A DNA stretch of 64,000 bases, taken from contig CAVZZO010000003.1 in assembly GCA_963779755.1 (NCBI GenBank), positions 1,504,001-1,568,000 on the forward strand. The letters are read 5' to 3'. The DNA is from an uncultured Gemmatimonadales bacterium (GTDB lineage: Bacteria; Gemmatimonadota; Gemmatimonadetes; Gemmatimonadales; GWC2-71-9). This document shows, piece by piece, positions 50,976 through 61,367 of this stretch; position 1 is the first letter of the stretch; the number at the start of each line of letters is the position of its first letter. A model generated the notes under the pieces. The model did no database searches. It worked only from the letters and a program-made list of their open reading frames with translations, and was not told the origin of the DNA. Made by a program: the position numbers and the translations under genes.

Positions 50976-51950
50976 ATGCCCACTCGCACCCACGACCTCC
51001 TGAGCCGTCTCCGGGCTGCCACCACCCTGCTCTACCGGGGAGAGTGGGAGCGGGCCGAGCTGGAGCTGGCCGCGTGCCGCGAGTCCAGCGCCGAGGAGGA
51101 TCCGCGGCTGCAGGACCTGGTCATGTTGCGGCTGGGAGAGCTGCAGCGCCGCCGCGGGCGTTTCGACGATGCCCGCCATTATTTCGAGGAAGCCGCGACC
51201 CATCCCCTCTCGCTGCTGGGCCAGGCGGCGTTGGCGCTGGACCGGGGCGAGGCGCGGATGGCGGTGGACCTGCTGCACCGCTATCTCCGCCGTGTCACGC
51301 CGGCGCAGCACGCCCTGCGGGCCCCGGGCCTGGCCCTGCTGGTCCGCGCCCGTCTGTTATTGGACGACCTGCGCGAAGCGGAGGTAGCGCTGCAGGAGCT
51401 GCGGGAAATGGCGAGAGAGGGCGCCAGCCCGGCCCTCCGGCTCGACCTCACCTGGTCGGAGGGGCGCATCGCCCTGGCCACCGCTCAGCCCGGGTCGGCT
51501 CAGGCGCGGTTCGAAGAGGCGGCCGCCCTGTGCGAAGCCGAGTGCCGGCCCTTCGAGGCGGCCCGCATCCGGATCGAGCTGAGCCAGGCGCTGGCCGCGC
51601 AGGACCGGCTGGACGCCGCCGAATGGGAGGTGCACCGCGCCCTCTCACCGCTCAGGAAGCTGGGCGCGGCGGGCGAGGTCCGGCGGGGAGAAAGCCAGCT
51701 GGCGGCGGTGCGGACCACCGTGCATCAGGCAGAGGACCAGCCGGTGCGGAAGTTCCGGCTCACCCGGCGGGAGGAGGAGGTCCTGCGGCTCCTCGCCGAG
51801 GGGCTGTCGGACCGGGAAATGGCGCTGCGGCTCCGGCTGACCGAGCGTACCATCCACCGGCACGTGGCGAGCATCATGGCCAAGACCGGAGTGAGCTCCC
51901 GGGCCGCCGCGGTGGAAATGGTCAGGGAAGAGGTCCGGGGCGGCCCCTGA
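50976..51950 (+). CDS. TPR plus LuxR-HTH transcriptional regulator
   Basis: C-terminal LTRREEEVLRLLAEGLSDREMA..TIHRHVASIMAKTGVSSR. Confidence 0.88.
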   Translation: MPTRTHDLLSRLRAATTLLYRGEWERAELELAACRESSAEEDPRLQDLVMLRLGELQRRRGRFDDARHYFEEAATHPLSLLGQAALALDRGEARMAVDLLHRYLRRVTPAQHALRAPGLALLVRARLLLDDLREAEVALQELREMAREGASPALRLDLTWSEGRIALATAQPGSAQARFEEAAALCEAECRPFEAARIRIELSQALAAQDRLDAAEWEVHRALSPLRKLGAAGEVRRGESQLAAVRTTVHQAEDQPVRKFRLTRREEEVLRLLAEGLSDREMALRLRLTERTIHRHVASIMAKTGVSSRAAAVEMVREEVRGGP

Positions 51951-51995
51951 CAGCGATTAGCTTTCGACCGATACTCTACCCGAAAGGGCACACTC

Positions 51996-52688
51996 ATGTT
52001 CCGAGCACTGAAGGGCACATTCGCACTCCTCGCCGCCTCGTCGCTGCTGGCCGTTCCGGCACAGGCGCAGAGCTTCGAGGGTGTGGTGAATTACACGATC
52101 ACGAGCGGCAAGGGTCAGACGATGGACATGACCTATATGATGAAAGGCGACAAGATCCGGCAGGTGATGCACACGCAGGGCCAGGAAGTGGCCATGCTCA
52201 TGGACCTCGGCAGTCATACCATGACCATGGTCATGCCTTCGCAGCAGGCCTACATGACGATGGACATGAACCACATGGCGCAGATGGCGCCGGGCATGCA
52301 GCACCAGTCCTCCGAGCCGCCCAAGATCACCGCCACCGGCAAGACTGAAACGGTCGCCGGGCACAAGTGCGAGCACTACCTGGTGGGCGAGGAGCAGAAC
52401 GTGGATATCTGCGTGGCCAAGGGAATGGGCTACTACATGTCGGGCAACGGCGTGCGGGGCCACGGCATGGGCGATATGCCCTCCGGCGCCAATCTCGACG
52501 CCTGGAAGAAGGTGTTCAAGGACGGGTTCTTCCCGCTCAAGATGGAAATGAAGGACCAGAACGGGATGACCATGGAAGCGACCAGCATCGAGTCCAAGTC
52601 GCTCCCCGACAGCCTCTTCGCCCCTCCCTCGGGCTATCGCCAGATGCAGATGCCGGCCGGCATGCCCAGCGGAATGCAGAAGCCGTAA
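51996..52688 (+). CDS. DUF4412-family exported protein
   Basis: Signal peptide, FEGVV, ATGKTETVAGHKCE, GFFPL, LPDSLFAPPSGY. Confidence 0.85.
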   Translation: MFRALKGTFALLAASSLLAVPAQAQSFEGVVNYTITSGKGQTMDMTYMMKGDKIRQVMHTQGQEVAMLMDLGSHTMTMVMPSQQAYMTMDMNHMAQMAPGMQHQSSEPPKITATGKTETVAGHKCEHYLVGEEQNVDICVAKGMGYYMSGNGVRGHGMGDMPSGANLDAWKKVFKDGFFPLKMEMKDQNGMTMEATSIESKSLPDSLFAPPSGYRQMQMPAGMPSGMQKP

Positions 52689-52690
52689 GA

Positions 52691-52777
52691 GGAACGGGAA
52701 GAGGGAAGCGGGAAACGGGAAGAGGCGCCATCCTCTTCCCGTTTCCCGTTTCCCGTTTCCCGTTTCCCGTTTCCCGA
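52691..52777. repeat. Inverted heptamer array (GGGAAAC / GTTTCCC) between convergent genes
   Basis: ggaacgggaagagggaagcgggaaacgggaa...ttcccgtttcccgtttcccgtttcccgtttcccgtttcccg. Confidence 0.85.
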
Positions 52778-52781
52778 AGTG

Positions 52782-54083
52782 CTAGACCTGCTCGGCGACC
52801 TTGCTTTCGGCTTCCCGCTTCAGTCCCAGGATGATCCGGCTCCCCCGATGCCGGGTGAAGTACTCGTTCGCCCACTGGAGCAGCACCAGCAGCCGGTTCT
52901 CGAAATCCACCAGGTAGAACAGGTGGACCCCGACCCACAGGAGCCAGGCGGGCAGGCCCCAGAACTTGAGGCCGCGGAAGTTGGCGACGGCGGCCGAGCG
53001 GCCGATGGTCGCCAGACTGCCCTTGTCGAAGTAGCGGAACGGCCCGGTCGAGCGGCCGCGAAGCCGCTGCTGAATGAGCCGGGCGACAAAGCGGCCCTGC
53101 TGCAATGCGGCCGTGGCGACGCAGGGAATCGGCTGCCCTTTGTGCTCCACATGCGCCAGGTCGCCGATCACCATGATTTCGGGGCGGCCATCAACGGTCA
53201 GATCGGGATTCACCCGCACCCGCCCCATCTCGTCCAGCTCGCAACCGGTGGCCTCCGCCAGCGCGCGGCCCAGCGGCGAGCCGCGCACGCCGGCCGCCCA
53301 GAACACGTTCCGGCTGGCGATCCGCTCGTGCCGTCCCTCCGTAGACACGATGACGCCCTGCTCGTCCACTCCGGTCACCCACACCCCGGTGCGTACTTCG
53401 ATGCCCAGTCGAACCAGCTTCTCGCGGGCGTGGCGCGAGAGCACCGGGGGGAACGAGGGCAGGACATCGGGAGTCGCATCCAGCAGTACGATGCGGGTAA
53501 GCCGGGGATCGAAATGCCGGAACTCGCCGCTCAGGGTGTGGTGCGCCAGCTCGCCCAGCGAACCGGAGAGTTCGACGCCCGTCGGCCCCGCGCCCACCAC
53601 CACGAAGGTGAGCCACGCCGCCCGCTCCAGCGGGTCGGGCTCCCGTTCGGCCGACTCGAAGGCGCCCAGAACCCGGTTCCGGATGTCCACCGCGTCTTCC
53701 AGGCTCTTGAGCCCGGGCGCGATCGCCGCCCATTCGTTGTTGCCGAAATAGTCGTTGCGCACCCCGGCGGCGACGATGAGGGAATCATACTCGACCACCC
53801 CGTCACGCAGCAGCAGGCGCCGGTGCGCCGCGTCGATGTCCGTCACCTCGCCCAGGATGACCTGCGCGTTGGCCAGGCGTTTGAGCTCGGCCCGCAGCGG
53901 CGACGCGATATCGCCGGTGCCCAGCCCGCCGGTGGCAACCTGATAGAGCAACGGCTGAAACAGGTGGAAATTGCGGCGGTCGATGAGCGTGATCTCCACC
54001 GGGGCGCGCGACAGGGCCCGGGCGGCGTAGAGCCCTCCCACCCCTCCCCCCACAATGACGACGTGGTGCGCGCGATCGGTCAT
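52782..54083 (-). CDS. ndh: Type II NADH dehydrogenase family oxidoreductase
   Basis: VVIVGGGVGG, HLFQPLLYQVATG, VVGAGPTGVELSG, WAAGV, FRYFDKGSLATIGR. Confidence 0.9.
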   Translation of the reverse strand: MTDRAHHVVIVGGGVGGLYAARALSRAPVEITLIDRRNFHLFQPLLYQVATGGLGTGDIASPLRAELKRLANAQVILGEVTDIDAAHRRLLLRDGVVEYDSLIVAAGVRNDYFGNNEWAAIAPGLKSLEDAVDIRNRVLGAFESAEREPDPLERAAWLTFVVVGAGPTGVELSGSLGELAHHTLSGEFRHFDPRLTRIVLLDATPDVLPSFPPVLSRHAREKLVRLGIEVRTGVWVTGVDEQGVIVSTEGRHERIASRNVFWAAGVRGSPLGRALAEATGCELDEMGRVRVNPDLTVDGRPEIMVIGDLAHVEHKGQPIPCVATAALQQGRFVARLIQQRLRGRSTGPFRYFDKGSLATIGRSAAVANFRGLKFWGLPAWLLWVGVHLFYLVDFENRLLVLLQWANEYFTRHRGSRIILGLKREAESKVAEQV

Positions 54084-54228
54084 ACCAAGCCAAAGGCCCG
54101 AGGACTGAGAACTGAGAACCGAGCATCAAGAAGCAAGATCGGATGCGGCGGCTGGCGGGGCAAGCACTGTGAAGGAGGTTTATGACTGTTTTTACTGCGG
54201 GAAGGGGAGCCGGGAAACGGGTGTTTCC

Positions 54229-55641
54229 CTATTCCCGGTTCCCCGTATTCCCGGCCAGTAACTTCTCGATATCAAACTTCCCTGCCGCCGCCCGGGTCGA
54301 CATGGAGCGGACGGTTCCGTATACCGGCCGGCGGTAGAATGGACGGTCAAAGCGGCCGAAACACCAGTGAACCCCCGCGTAGCTGTTGGGATCCCTCCCA
54401 TCCAGCGCGTACTTGTCGTTGAGCTCGCGCAGCACACGGAAGGCATGCCGCCAGCCGCGGGTCCATTGCATCACCGTCTTGCCCCACAGCATGCGCAGGT
54501 AGTTGTGCATGTATCCCTCCCGCAGGTAACTCCGCTGGGCGTAGTTCCACAGCTCATCCTCGGTCGCGGCCCTCTCCAGCTCCGCGCGGGTGTAGACCGC
54601 GGGTCGCGGATCGGCGGAGTGGTCGTCCAGCTCTTTGCGGGCCCAGCCGGGCACCGCCGAGGCGCTCCGGTGCCGGGAGTCCCGCCAGGCGAAATTGCTG
54701 GCCAGTTCACGCCAGACCAGCGCCTGGTCCTGAAACTTCTCATACTGGGCGGAGGGGCCGGCCTCACGGGCGCGCAACAGAACTTCCTGTATGCTGATGT
54801 TGCCGAAGTGGAGGTAGGGGCTGAGCCGGCTGGTGGCTTCCGGCTGGTTGGGGTCCCCCCGGCCCTCGGCGTACTTGGGCAGCCCGCGCTCGAGAAAGCG
54901 CTCCAGCCGGAGGCGGGCCTCGGCCATGCCGCCCCGGAAGGAGGGGGAAGGGGCGACGGCGTGGTCGATGGCGCAGGATTGCAGCAGACGGCCGATCGCC
55001 GGGTCCCCTTTCCCGATTGCCCGCAGATCCAACGCGTCAAACCCCGGGTCCACTCTGCGCCTGGTCCTGGGCTCCACATCTCCCACCGGATGGAGATGAT
55101 GCGGCAGGAGTGCATGCAACCGGGGCCGAATGGCCCGCGCAGAGCTGAACGCCTGGTCGAAGGCCGCCAGCGGAACCACTCCCAGCGAGTCCACGGCCGT
55201 CACCGGTGCGTCGGTCCTCCGCGCCAGGCCGGCGGTCTGGTCGGGAATTATGAAGGTGGGAAAGAAGTCGGTGACAACGAGGGCGGCGCGCCGGGCCAGG
55301 CGAACCAGGGGTGAAGCGTGAGAGCTTTCGGAACCCCCACCGGCTACACTGCGAGTATCCAGATAAAAGACATACTGGATACCACGCTGCTCGAAGGCGC
55401 GATGGAGATCGAGGGCCGATTCAATAATGAAGGCATGGATCCGGTCGCTGGCATGGGGATAGTCGTGGCGCAGGCCGTGATAGACCAGCACGGGGAGCCC
55501 CAGCGCATTCGCCTGCTCCACCGCGTAATTGAGCGCGAAGTTGTCGTGGGCGCGGAGGGTGGTCTGCGTCCAGTAGAGGACGAAGTCCCCCTTCAAATAC
55601 CGCGACGCCTGTCCTATGAAATGAAGGCGCTGGCCATGCAT
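54229..55641 (-). CDS. phrB: Class II CPD photolyase
   Basis: VLYW..LRAHDNFAL, SRLSPYLHFG, GYMHNYLRMLWGK, LNDKYALDGRDPNSYAG..WCFG. Confidence 0.9.
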   Translation of the reverse strand: MHGQRLHFIGQASRYLKGDFVLYWTQTTLRAHDNFALNYAVEQANALGLPVLVYHGLRHDYPHASDRIHAFIIESALDLHRAFEQRGIQYVFYLDTRSVAGGGSESSHASPLVRLARRAALVVTDFFPTFIIPDQTAGLARRTDAPVTAVDSLGVVPLAAFDQAFSSARAIRPRLHALLPHHLHPVGDVEPRTRRRVDPGFDALDLRAIGKGDPAIGRLLQSCAIDHAVAPSPSFRGGMAEARLRLERFLERGLPKYAEGRGDPNQPEATSRLSPYLHFGNISIQEVLLRAREAGPSAQYEKFQDQALVWRELASNFAWRDSRHRSASAVPGWARKELDDHSADPRPAVYTRAELERAATEDELWNYAQRSYLREGYMHNYLRMLWGKTVMQWTRGWRHAFRVLRELNDKYALDGRDPNSYAGVHWCFGRFDRPFYRRPVYGTVRSMSTRAAAGKFDIEKLLAGNTGNRE

Positions 55642-55736
55642 CAGGACAGGGAAACGGGAAAAGGGAAACGGAGAAAAGTACAGTTTCGCGTAAAAATGAT
55701 GCCACCATTTCCGCTGGCGCGTAGAATACTGGCTGC

Positions 55737-56099
55737 ATGAAGGATCATCGTTCTCTCAGGGCATGGCAGGAGGCTCGGCAGGTTTCGTTGCTGGCGCTGC
55801 ATCTGGCCCGCGATCACTGGAAGCCGTGGGCCTCGGCTCTGTTCTACCAACTCCAACGAGCCTCCCTGTCTGTTCAGCTGAACATTGCTGAAGGGGCCAC
55901 CTTCAACCGGTCACCCACCTACACCAGGCACCTGGGAATCGCCTACGGCTCCCTGGTCGAAACCAGGGAGATCATCGAATTAGCCGTCGACGCCGGGGTC
56001 ATTTCGCGTGCGTCCGCAGCAGGCATCCGGAGTCATCTCACCGAAGCGCAGCGCCTACTGATCGGCTTGCTCAAGAGACATCGCCCCATGCGTTCCTAG
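55737..56099 (+). CDS. Four-helix-bundle protein (23S rRNA IVS/Avd-like family)
   Basis: L.AWQ, QLQRASLSVQLNIAEG, IAYGSLVET; flanked by inverted heptamer arrays 55649-55671 and 56113-56175. Confidence 0.9.
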   Translation: MKDHRSLRAWQEARQVSLLALHLARDHWKPWASALFYQLQRASLSVQLNIAEGATFNRSPTYTRHLGIAYGSLVETREIIELAVDAGVISRASAAGIRSHLTEAQRLLIGLLKRHRPMRS

Positions 56100-56258
56100 G
56101 ATCGCCTTGCCGCTTCCCGGTTCCCTTTTCCCTATTCCCCCATCTCCCACTCCCTACCCGGTATCCCGGTTTCGGTTCCCCCGGCTTGACCTCCCCGCCC
56201 CGGGGCCCTACCGTGCAATTGTAGGGGAAATGACGACACGAGCGGCCTGGAGGTGCGC

Positions 56259-56705
56259 ATGAACAAAAAGGATGCAGCACTGCTGGGGGGGCTCGGCCTG
56301 GGGGCGTTCAGCCTCGGGGCCTTGACGATGTTTCTGATGGATCCCAAGCGGGGACGGCGCCGCCGGGCTCTGGCCCGCGGCAGGCTGGCCCGGGCAACCC
56401 ACGAGGTGCGCGACGGCGTATCCGGCACCATGCACGACCTCCGCAACCGGGCCCGGGGTCTCCTGGCGGAAACCCGCGCCGAGATAGAGGAGTCGGACGT
56501 GCCGGACGAAGTGCTGATCGAGCGGGTCCGCAGCGCCCTGGGCCATGTGGTTCCGCACGCCGGCCGGCTGGAGCTGAACGCCTACCACGGCAACGTCAAG
56601 ATCCGCGGGCAGGTGCCGGAAGACGAAAAGCCGGGCCTGCTGCGGACGGTGCGCAGGGTGCGGGGGGTGGAGCAGGTCGAAGACATGGTAGGGACCTGGC
56701 ACTGA
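56259..56705 (+). CDS. BON-domain membrane-anchored protein
   Basis: FLMDPKRGRRRRA, DEVLIERVRSALG, VRRVRGVEQVED. Confidence 0.85.
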   Translation: MNKKDAALLGGLGLGAFSLGALTMFLMDPKRGRRRRALARGRLARATHEVRDGVSGTMHDLRNRARGLLAETRAEIEESDVPDEVLIERVRSALGHVVPHAGRLELNAYHGNVKIRGQVPEDEKPGLLRTVRRVRGVEQVEDMVGTWH

Positions 56706-56790
56706 ACCTCGGGGAAGGGGAAAAAAAGGGGAAGGGGTAGAGCGACTCGCCCTTTCCCCTTTCCCTTTTCCCCTTTCCCGGTTCCTTCGC

Positions 56791-57711
56791 CTATTCCCCG
56801 TCGGCAAACCTCACTTCGATCTCCATCCCGTCCCGCGCGATCACCGTTTCCGGGAAGATCGCCCGGGCTTCTTTCAGCAGATCGCCCGCGTCCAGGCTGT
56901 AGCGCGGGCTGATATGGGTGAGCGCCAGCCGGCGCACCCCGGCCGTCCGCGCCACCTCGGCCGCTTCACGGGCGGTGGAGTGCCCGGTCTCCTTCGCCCG
57001 GTCGATCTCCAGGTCCTGGAAGGTGGCCTCGTGCACCAGCAGGTCCGCGCCCCGCGCCGCCTCGGTGACGGCCCGCGTCGGCCTGGTGTCGCCGGTGTAG
57101 ACCACGGTGCGGCCCGGCCGGGGATCGCCGACCAGATCCTGCGGCCCCACCCGGCGGCCGTCCGGCAGTTCCACCGTCTCGCCCCGGTGCAACCGGCCCC
57201 AGAGCGGTCCTTCGGGGATCCCCAGCGCGCGCGCTTTTTCCGGATCGAAGCGGCCCAGCCGCTGGTGCTCCGCCAGGGCATAGCCCACCGTGTCGGCGCG
57301 GTGCTCAGTCGGGAAGACGCGGATGTCGTACTCCTCCCGCGCCAGCACCTGTCCCGGCTGGAGCTCGATGACCTCGATGGGAAACTTGTTGCGCTCGATC
57401 CCCACGCTCAGCGCGCCGCCCAGGATGCGCTCCGCCCCGCGGGGTCCGTAGAGCGTCATCGGCTCGCTGCGGTCCATCAGGCCCAGCGTGCGCACCAGGC
57501 CGATCACGCCCAGGAAATGGTCGGAGTGAAAATGGCTGAAGAAGATCTCGCGGAAGGAGAAGCCCACCCCGTAGCGCATCATCTGCCGCTGGGTGCCCTC
57601 GCCGCAATCGAAGAGGAGCGTCTCCCCTTCGCGCGCAAGCGCAATGCCGGCGACGTTGCGCTCGACGGTGGGGCAGGCGGCGGAGGTGCCGAGGAAGGTA
57701 AGAGTCAGCAT
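56791..57711 (-). CDS. rnz: Ribonuclease Z
   Basis: FLGTSAACPT.ERN, FDCGEGTQRQ, SHFHSDH, GIPEGP, YTGDT, HEATF, HST, LTHISPRY. Confidence 0.95.
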   Translation of the reverse strand: MLTLTFLGTSAACPTVERNVAGIALAREGETLLFDCGEGTQRQMMRYGVGFSFREIFFSHFHSDHFLGVIGLVRTLGLMDRSEPMTLYGPRGAERILGGALSVGIERNKFPIEVIELQPGQVLAREEYDIRVFPTEHRADTVGYALAEHQRLGRFDPEKARALGIPEGPLWGRLHRGETVELPDGRRVGPQDLVGDPRPGRTVVYTGDTRPTRAVTEAARGADLLVHEATFQDLEIDRAKETGHSTAREAAEVARTAGVRRLALTHISPRYSLDAGDLLKEARAIFPETVIARDGMEIEVRFADGE

Positions 57712-57760
57712 CCGGTAGGAATCAGGAACAGGGAATCAGGAATCCGGGAGGAAGCAGGAG

Positions 57761-58411
57761 TCAGGAACCTGATTCCCGGTTCCCGGGCCCTGGTCCCTCC
57801 TGCGCTATCCGCTCGATCTTGCGCACCACCCGCTCCAGTTCTTCCACCAGCCGGCTCTCGCGTCCCGCCAGTGCCTGGCGCAACGAAGTGAGCAGCCCGC
57901 GATAGAACCAGAGCTGCTGGGCCTCGCCGGCGTGGAACCGGTGCCACACGCCCGGCCCGATGCGGCGGAAATCGCCCAGAATGGACCAGGCGTTGTGCAG
58001 CTTGTCGGCCGCCACCACCCGGACCACATCCAGCGGAGCCTCGGCCAGGTGCCGGAGGTGCTGCTCCTTGCGGGCGTGCCACTCCGCCTTGGGATCGCCG
58101 TTGGCGGCCTGAGGATCGGAATCGGTGCAGGCCAGCACAATGCGGTGCACCCGGTCGCCGAACTGGGCGCGGATCTCCTCCTGGGTCTTGCCGTCGGCCG
58201 GCCGGTCTTCCACGGCATCGTGCAGCAGCGCGGCGATCGCCTCGTCTTCGTCGCCCCCATCCTCCAGCACCAGCGACGCCACCCCCAGCAGATGCCCGAT
58301 ATACGGCGTGGCCGCGGGACCCTTGCGGACCTGGGTTGCGTGCAGCTGGCTGGCATAGACCAGCGCCTCCTGGAACCGGCCGGAGAGAACGGTGGTGGAG
58401 GGGCGGGACAT
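57761..58411 (-). CDS. HD-domain hydrolase (Mesh1/small alarmone hydrolase-like)
   Basis: H..QVRKG..PYIGH, AALLHDAVED, ADKLHN. Confidence 0.85.
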   Translation of the reverse strand: MSRPSTTVLSGRFQEALVYASQLHATQVRKGPAATPYIGHLLGVASLVLEDGGDEDEAIAALLHDAVEDRPADGKTQEEIRAQFGDRVHRIVLACTDSDPQAANGDPKAEWHARKEQHLRHLAEAPLDVVRVVAADKLHNAWSILGDFRRIGPGVWHRFHAGEAQQLWFYRGLLTSLRQALAGRESRLVEELERVVRKIERIAQEGPGPGNRESGS

Positions 58412-58574
58412 GGTCCAATATACCCCACCCCACCCGACCGCCCCATGGTAAGGCGTGAGGCGTAAGACGTGAGGTGTCAAACCGTCGTTCGCCCTGCCGG
58501 CAGTAGCTGCGCCACGCTGGCGGCTGCGGGGCCAGGGCGTACATTGGGATTACCCCCCGCAAAGGTGTTGCCGC

Positions 58575-61367
58575 GTGCCCGCTTCCGTCCTGGAGCGCCT
58601 GCGCACCGCCCTCGCTCCGCACTACAGTGTCGAGCGGGAGCTGGCCAGCGGGGGCATGGGCACGGTCTTCCTGGGCCGTGATCAGGGGCTCGACCGTCCC
58701 GTGGCGATCAAGCTGCTACGGCCGGAGCTGGCCACCGCGGCGCACGCCGAGCGCTTCCTGCGGGAGGCGCGCGTCCTGGCGCGCCTGAGCCATCCCAACA
58801 TCGTCCCCATCCACGACGTGGGCGAGGCGGACGGCCTCTACTACTACATCATGGATTATCTGACGGGCGAGACGCTGTACCAGCGCCTCACCCGCGGGGG
58901 CCTGTCGCCGGCGGAAACAACCAGCCTCGCCCTGGACCTGCTCGCCGCCCTGGACGCGGCGCACCGGCGGGGGGTGGTCCACCGCGATCTCAAGCCGGGC
59001 AACATCTTCCTGGTCGAGGGCCGCGGCATGCTGACCGATTTCGGCGTCGCCAAGTCGCTCGATCCGGCGGAGAGTTCCATCACCGCCAGCGGGACCAATC
59101 CCGGGACGCTGGCGTACATGGCGCCGGAGCAGCTCAGCGGCGGGGCCATCACGCCCCGCACCGATCTCTACGCCCTGGGGATCGTCATGTTCGAGGCGCT
59201 GACCGGGCGGCGCTGGTGGATCCGCGACCAGCGGCAGCAGACCGACTGGTCCGGCGTACCGGCGCCGCTGGGACGGATCCTGCGGAAGGCGCTCGCCTGG
59301 AAACCGGAGGACCGCTGGGCCAGCGCCGCTGAGTTCCGCGCCGCGCTCCGGGCCCGGTCCGGCCCACCGCGACGAAGCCGGGTACTCTGGGTCCTCGGCG
59401 CCGCCACCGTGCTGGTGCTGGGTCTGTGGTGGCTGCGGCCCCCGGCCCAGCCCCCCCGGCTGGCGGCCATCCTGCCGTTTCAAGCCGGTCCGGGCGTAGA
59501 CAGCGTGCTGGCAGCCAACCTGACGGCCCTTGTGGTGGACGAGCTGCACGACGCGCTCCCTCTCTACAGCGACCGGCAATCCGAGCTCTACGCCGCCCAG
59601 ATCGTCCGCGATTCCGGCCGGTCCCGGGGGCTGAGCGCCGTCATCACCGCCCGGCTCGTGGGCCGGCCCGACAGCCTGCGGCTGCGACTCACCATCCTGC
59701 AGCCCGGCGGGGCGGCCCTCCGGCTGCGGGACATACTGGGCGACAGTTCCGGCCGGTACAGCATGAGCTTCGGCGCGGCCAGGGAGATCATGTTCGCCCT
59801 GGTTCCGGAGCTCCATGGGTTCGATCCCCGGAGGGGCTTCAGCCAGGTCCCGCGCGCCTTGAGCAGCTTCGCCGAAGGCATCCGGGCCTTCCGGCAGGAC
59901 CGCTGGAAGGAGGCGCAGCGAGCCTTCGAGGAGGCGCTGGGCATCGATTCCAATTTCGCCATGGCCTCGTGGCGGCTGGTGAACGTGCGCCGCTGGCGCC
60001 GGATACCCTTCGGCGTCGATGTGCGCCGGCTCTATCAGGAGCATGGGAGCGAGTTTGGCGAGAAAGACCAGCTCCTGATCCGGGCGCAGACCGAACCTGA
60101 CCTGAAGGCGCGCTTCGCCGATTACCAGCTGGCGGTAGACCGGTATCCCTACGACGGCTACGCCGCCCTGCTCTACGCCGACGAGCTGTTTCACCGCGGG
60201 CCGCTGGCGGGGCGCGGCCTCACCGAGGCACTGAACATGTTCGAGCATGCGGTGCGGGTGGACTCCCTCCTCGCCCCGGCCTACGACCATATCATCTGGG
60301 GCTACTCCCGGCTGGGCGACCGCGCCGCCGCCCAATCCGCCTACCAGCGCATGAAGCAGGTCGTGCCCCGGTCGCGAGGGGGCGGCGATCTCGACCTGAC
60401 ACTGCTGATGGGCCTGGTGCTGCGCGAGCGCTTCGCGCCGGACTCCCGCGTCGCCTTCGGGCATTGGGAGGACACGGCCGCGGTGAAGGACCTCATCGAG
60501 TCGTTCCGCTGGGGCATCGCGTTCGATATTCCACGGGCCCAGCTGAAGTACGGGCGCATCATTGCCTCCCGCATTCCCTATCCCGAGGTCCGGGCCAGCG
60601 GCCACAACGGCGAAGCGATCGCGCTGATCGCGCTGGGGCGGCCCGCCGCGGCGTTCGCGCAGTTCGACAGTGCCTACCGGATTCTCCAATCCCCCGCGTC
60701 CGACCTTCTGCGCGCCGAGTGGCGCGTACTGCCCGCGGCGCTCGGCCTGCTGCCGCGCGATACGGCCGAGGAAGCACGGGGACGCCGGTGGCTGGCCAGC
60801 GATCCCCTGAGCTTCCGGGCGCAGTGGGCGCTGGCGGTGGCCGACCTGATGGCGGGCGACAGCGGGGCCGCAAGCATGCATGCGGCCCGCGTGAAGGACC
60901 AGGCCGCCACCGACCAGCGCGCGCAGCGGCTGGCGCAGCTCTTCGCGGCCCTCGAGTCCGGGCACCGCGGCCGGTACGATGAAGCCCTCGCCATCTCCGA
61001 GCCGCTGCTGCAGTGGGATTCCGGCGGCCGCAGCGGCGACCCTTTCGCCCGCGCCATACTGCACCTCGCGCGCGGCCAGTGGCTGGACCGCATGGGCCGG
61101 CCGAAGCAGGCGTACAGCGAATGGCTCTGGCACGACAACACCGATCTCGAAGGCTGGCCCGTGCACGAAGTACAGGCGGGCGAAGTGGACTGGTCGTTCG
61201 GCACGCTGGGGCGGCTCTGGCAGGCGCGCGCCCTGCTGGCCACCGGCCGGACGGCCGAAGCCTGTCGTCCGCTGCACCGCGTCCTGGAGCTCTGGTCCGA
61301 TGCCGAGCCGGCCCTGCGCCCCCGGGTGGATTCGGCCCGCGCCCTGGCCCGCAAGTGCCCGCCGTGA
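58575..61367 (+). CDS. Membrane Ser/Thr protein kinase with TPR region
   Basis: GGMGTV, VAIK, HRDLKPGN, DFG, YMAPE, TM near residue 275. Confidence 0.93.
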   Translation: MPASVLERLRTALAPHYSVERELASGGMGTVFLGRDQGLDRPVAIKLLRPELATAAHAERFLREARVLARLSHPNIVPIHDVGEADGLYYYIMDYLTGETLYQRLTRGGLSPAETTSLALDLLAALDAAHRRGVVHRDLKPGNIFLVEGRGMLTDFGVAKSLDPAESSITASGTNPGTLAYMAPEQLSGGAITPRTDLYALGIVMFEALTGRRWWIRDQRQQTDWSGVPAPLGRILRKALAWKPEDRWASAAEFRAALRARSGPPRRSRVLWVLGAATVLVLGLWWLRPPAQPPRLAAILPFQAGPGVDSVLAANLTALVVDELHDALPLYSDRQSELYAAQIVRDSGRSRGLSAVITARLVGRPDSLRLRLTILQPGGAALRLRDILGDSSGRYSMSFGAAREIMFALVPELHGFDPRRGFSQVPRALSSFAEGIRAFRQDRWKEAQRAFEEALGIDSNFAMASWRLVNVRRWRRIPFGVDVRRLYQEHGSEFGEKDQLLIRAQTEPDLKARFADYQLAVDRYPYDGYAALLYADELFHRGPLAGRGLTEALNMFEHAVRVDSLLAPAYDHIIWGYSRLGDRAAAQSAYQRMKQVVPRSRGGGDLDLTLLMGLVLRERFAPDSRVAFGHWEDTAAVKDLIESFRWGIAFDIPRAQLKYGRIIASRIPYPEVRASGHNGEAIALIALGRPAAAFAQFDSAYRILQSPASDLLRAEWRVLPAALGLLPRDTAEEARGRRWLASDPLSFRAQWALAVADLMAGDSGAASMHAARVKDQAATDQRAQRLAQLFAALESGHRGRYDEALAISEPLLQWDSGGRSGDPFARAILHLARGQWLDRMGRPKQAYSEWLWHDNTDLEGWPVHEVQAGEVDWSFGTLGRLWQARALLATGRTAEACRPLHRVLELWSDAEPALRPRVDSARALARKCPP

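Noticed and set aside
55737..56099. Diversity-generating retroelement (Avd-like gene)
   Set aside because: No reverse transcriptase and no TR/VR pair with adenine-specific differences seen.
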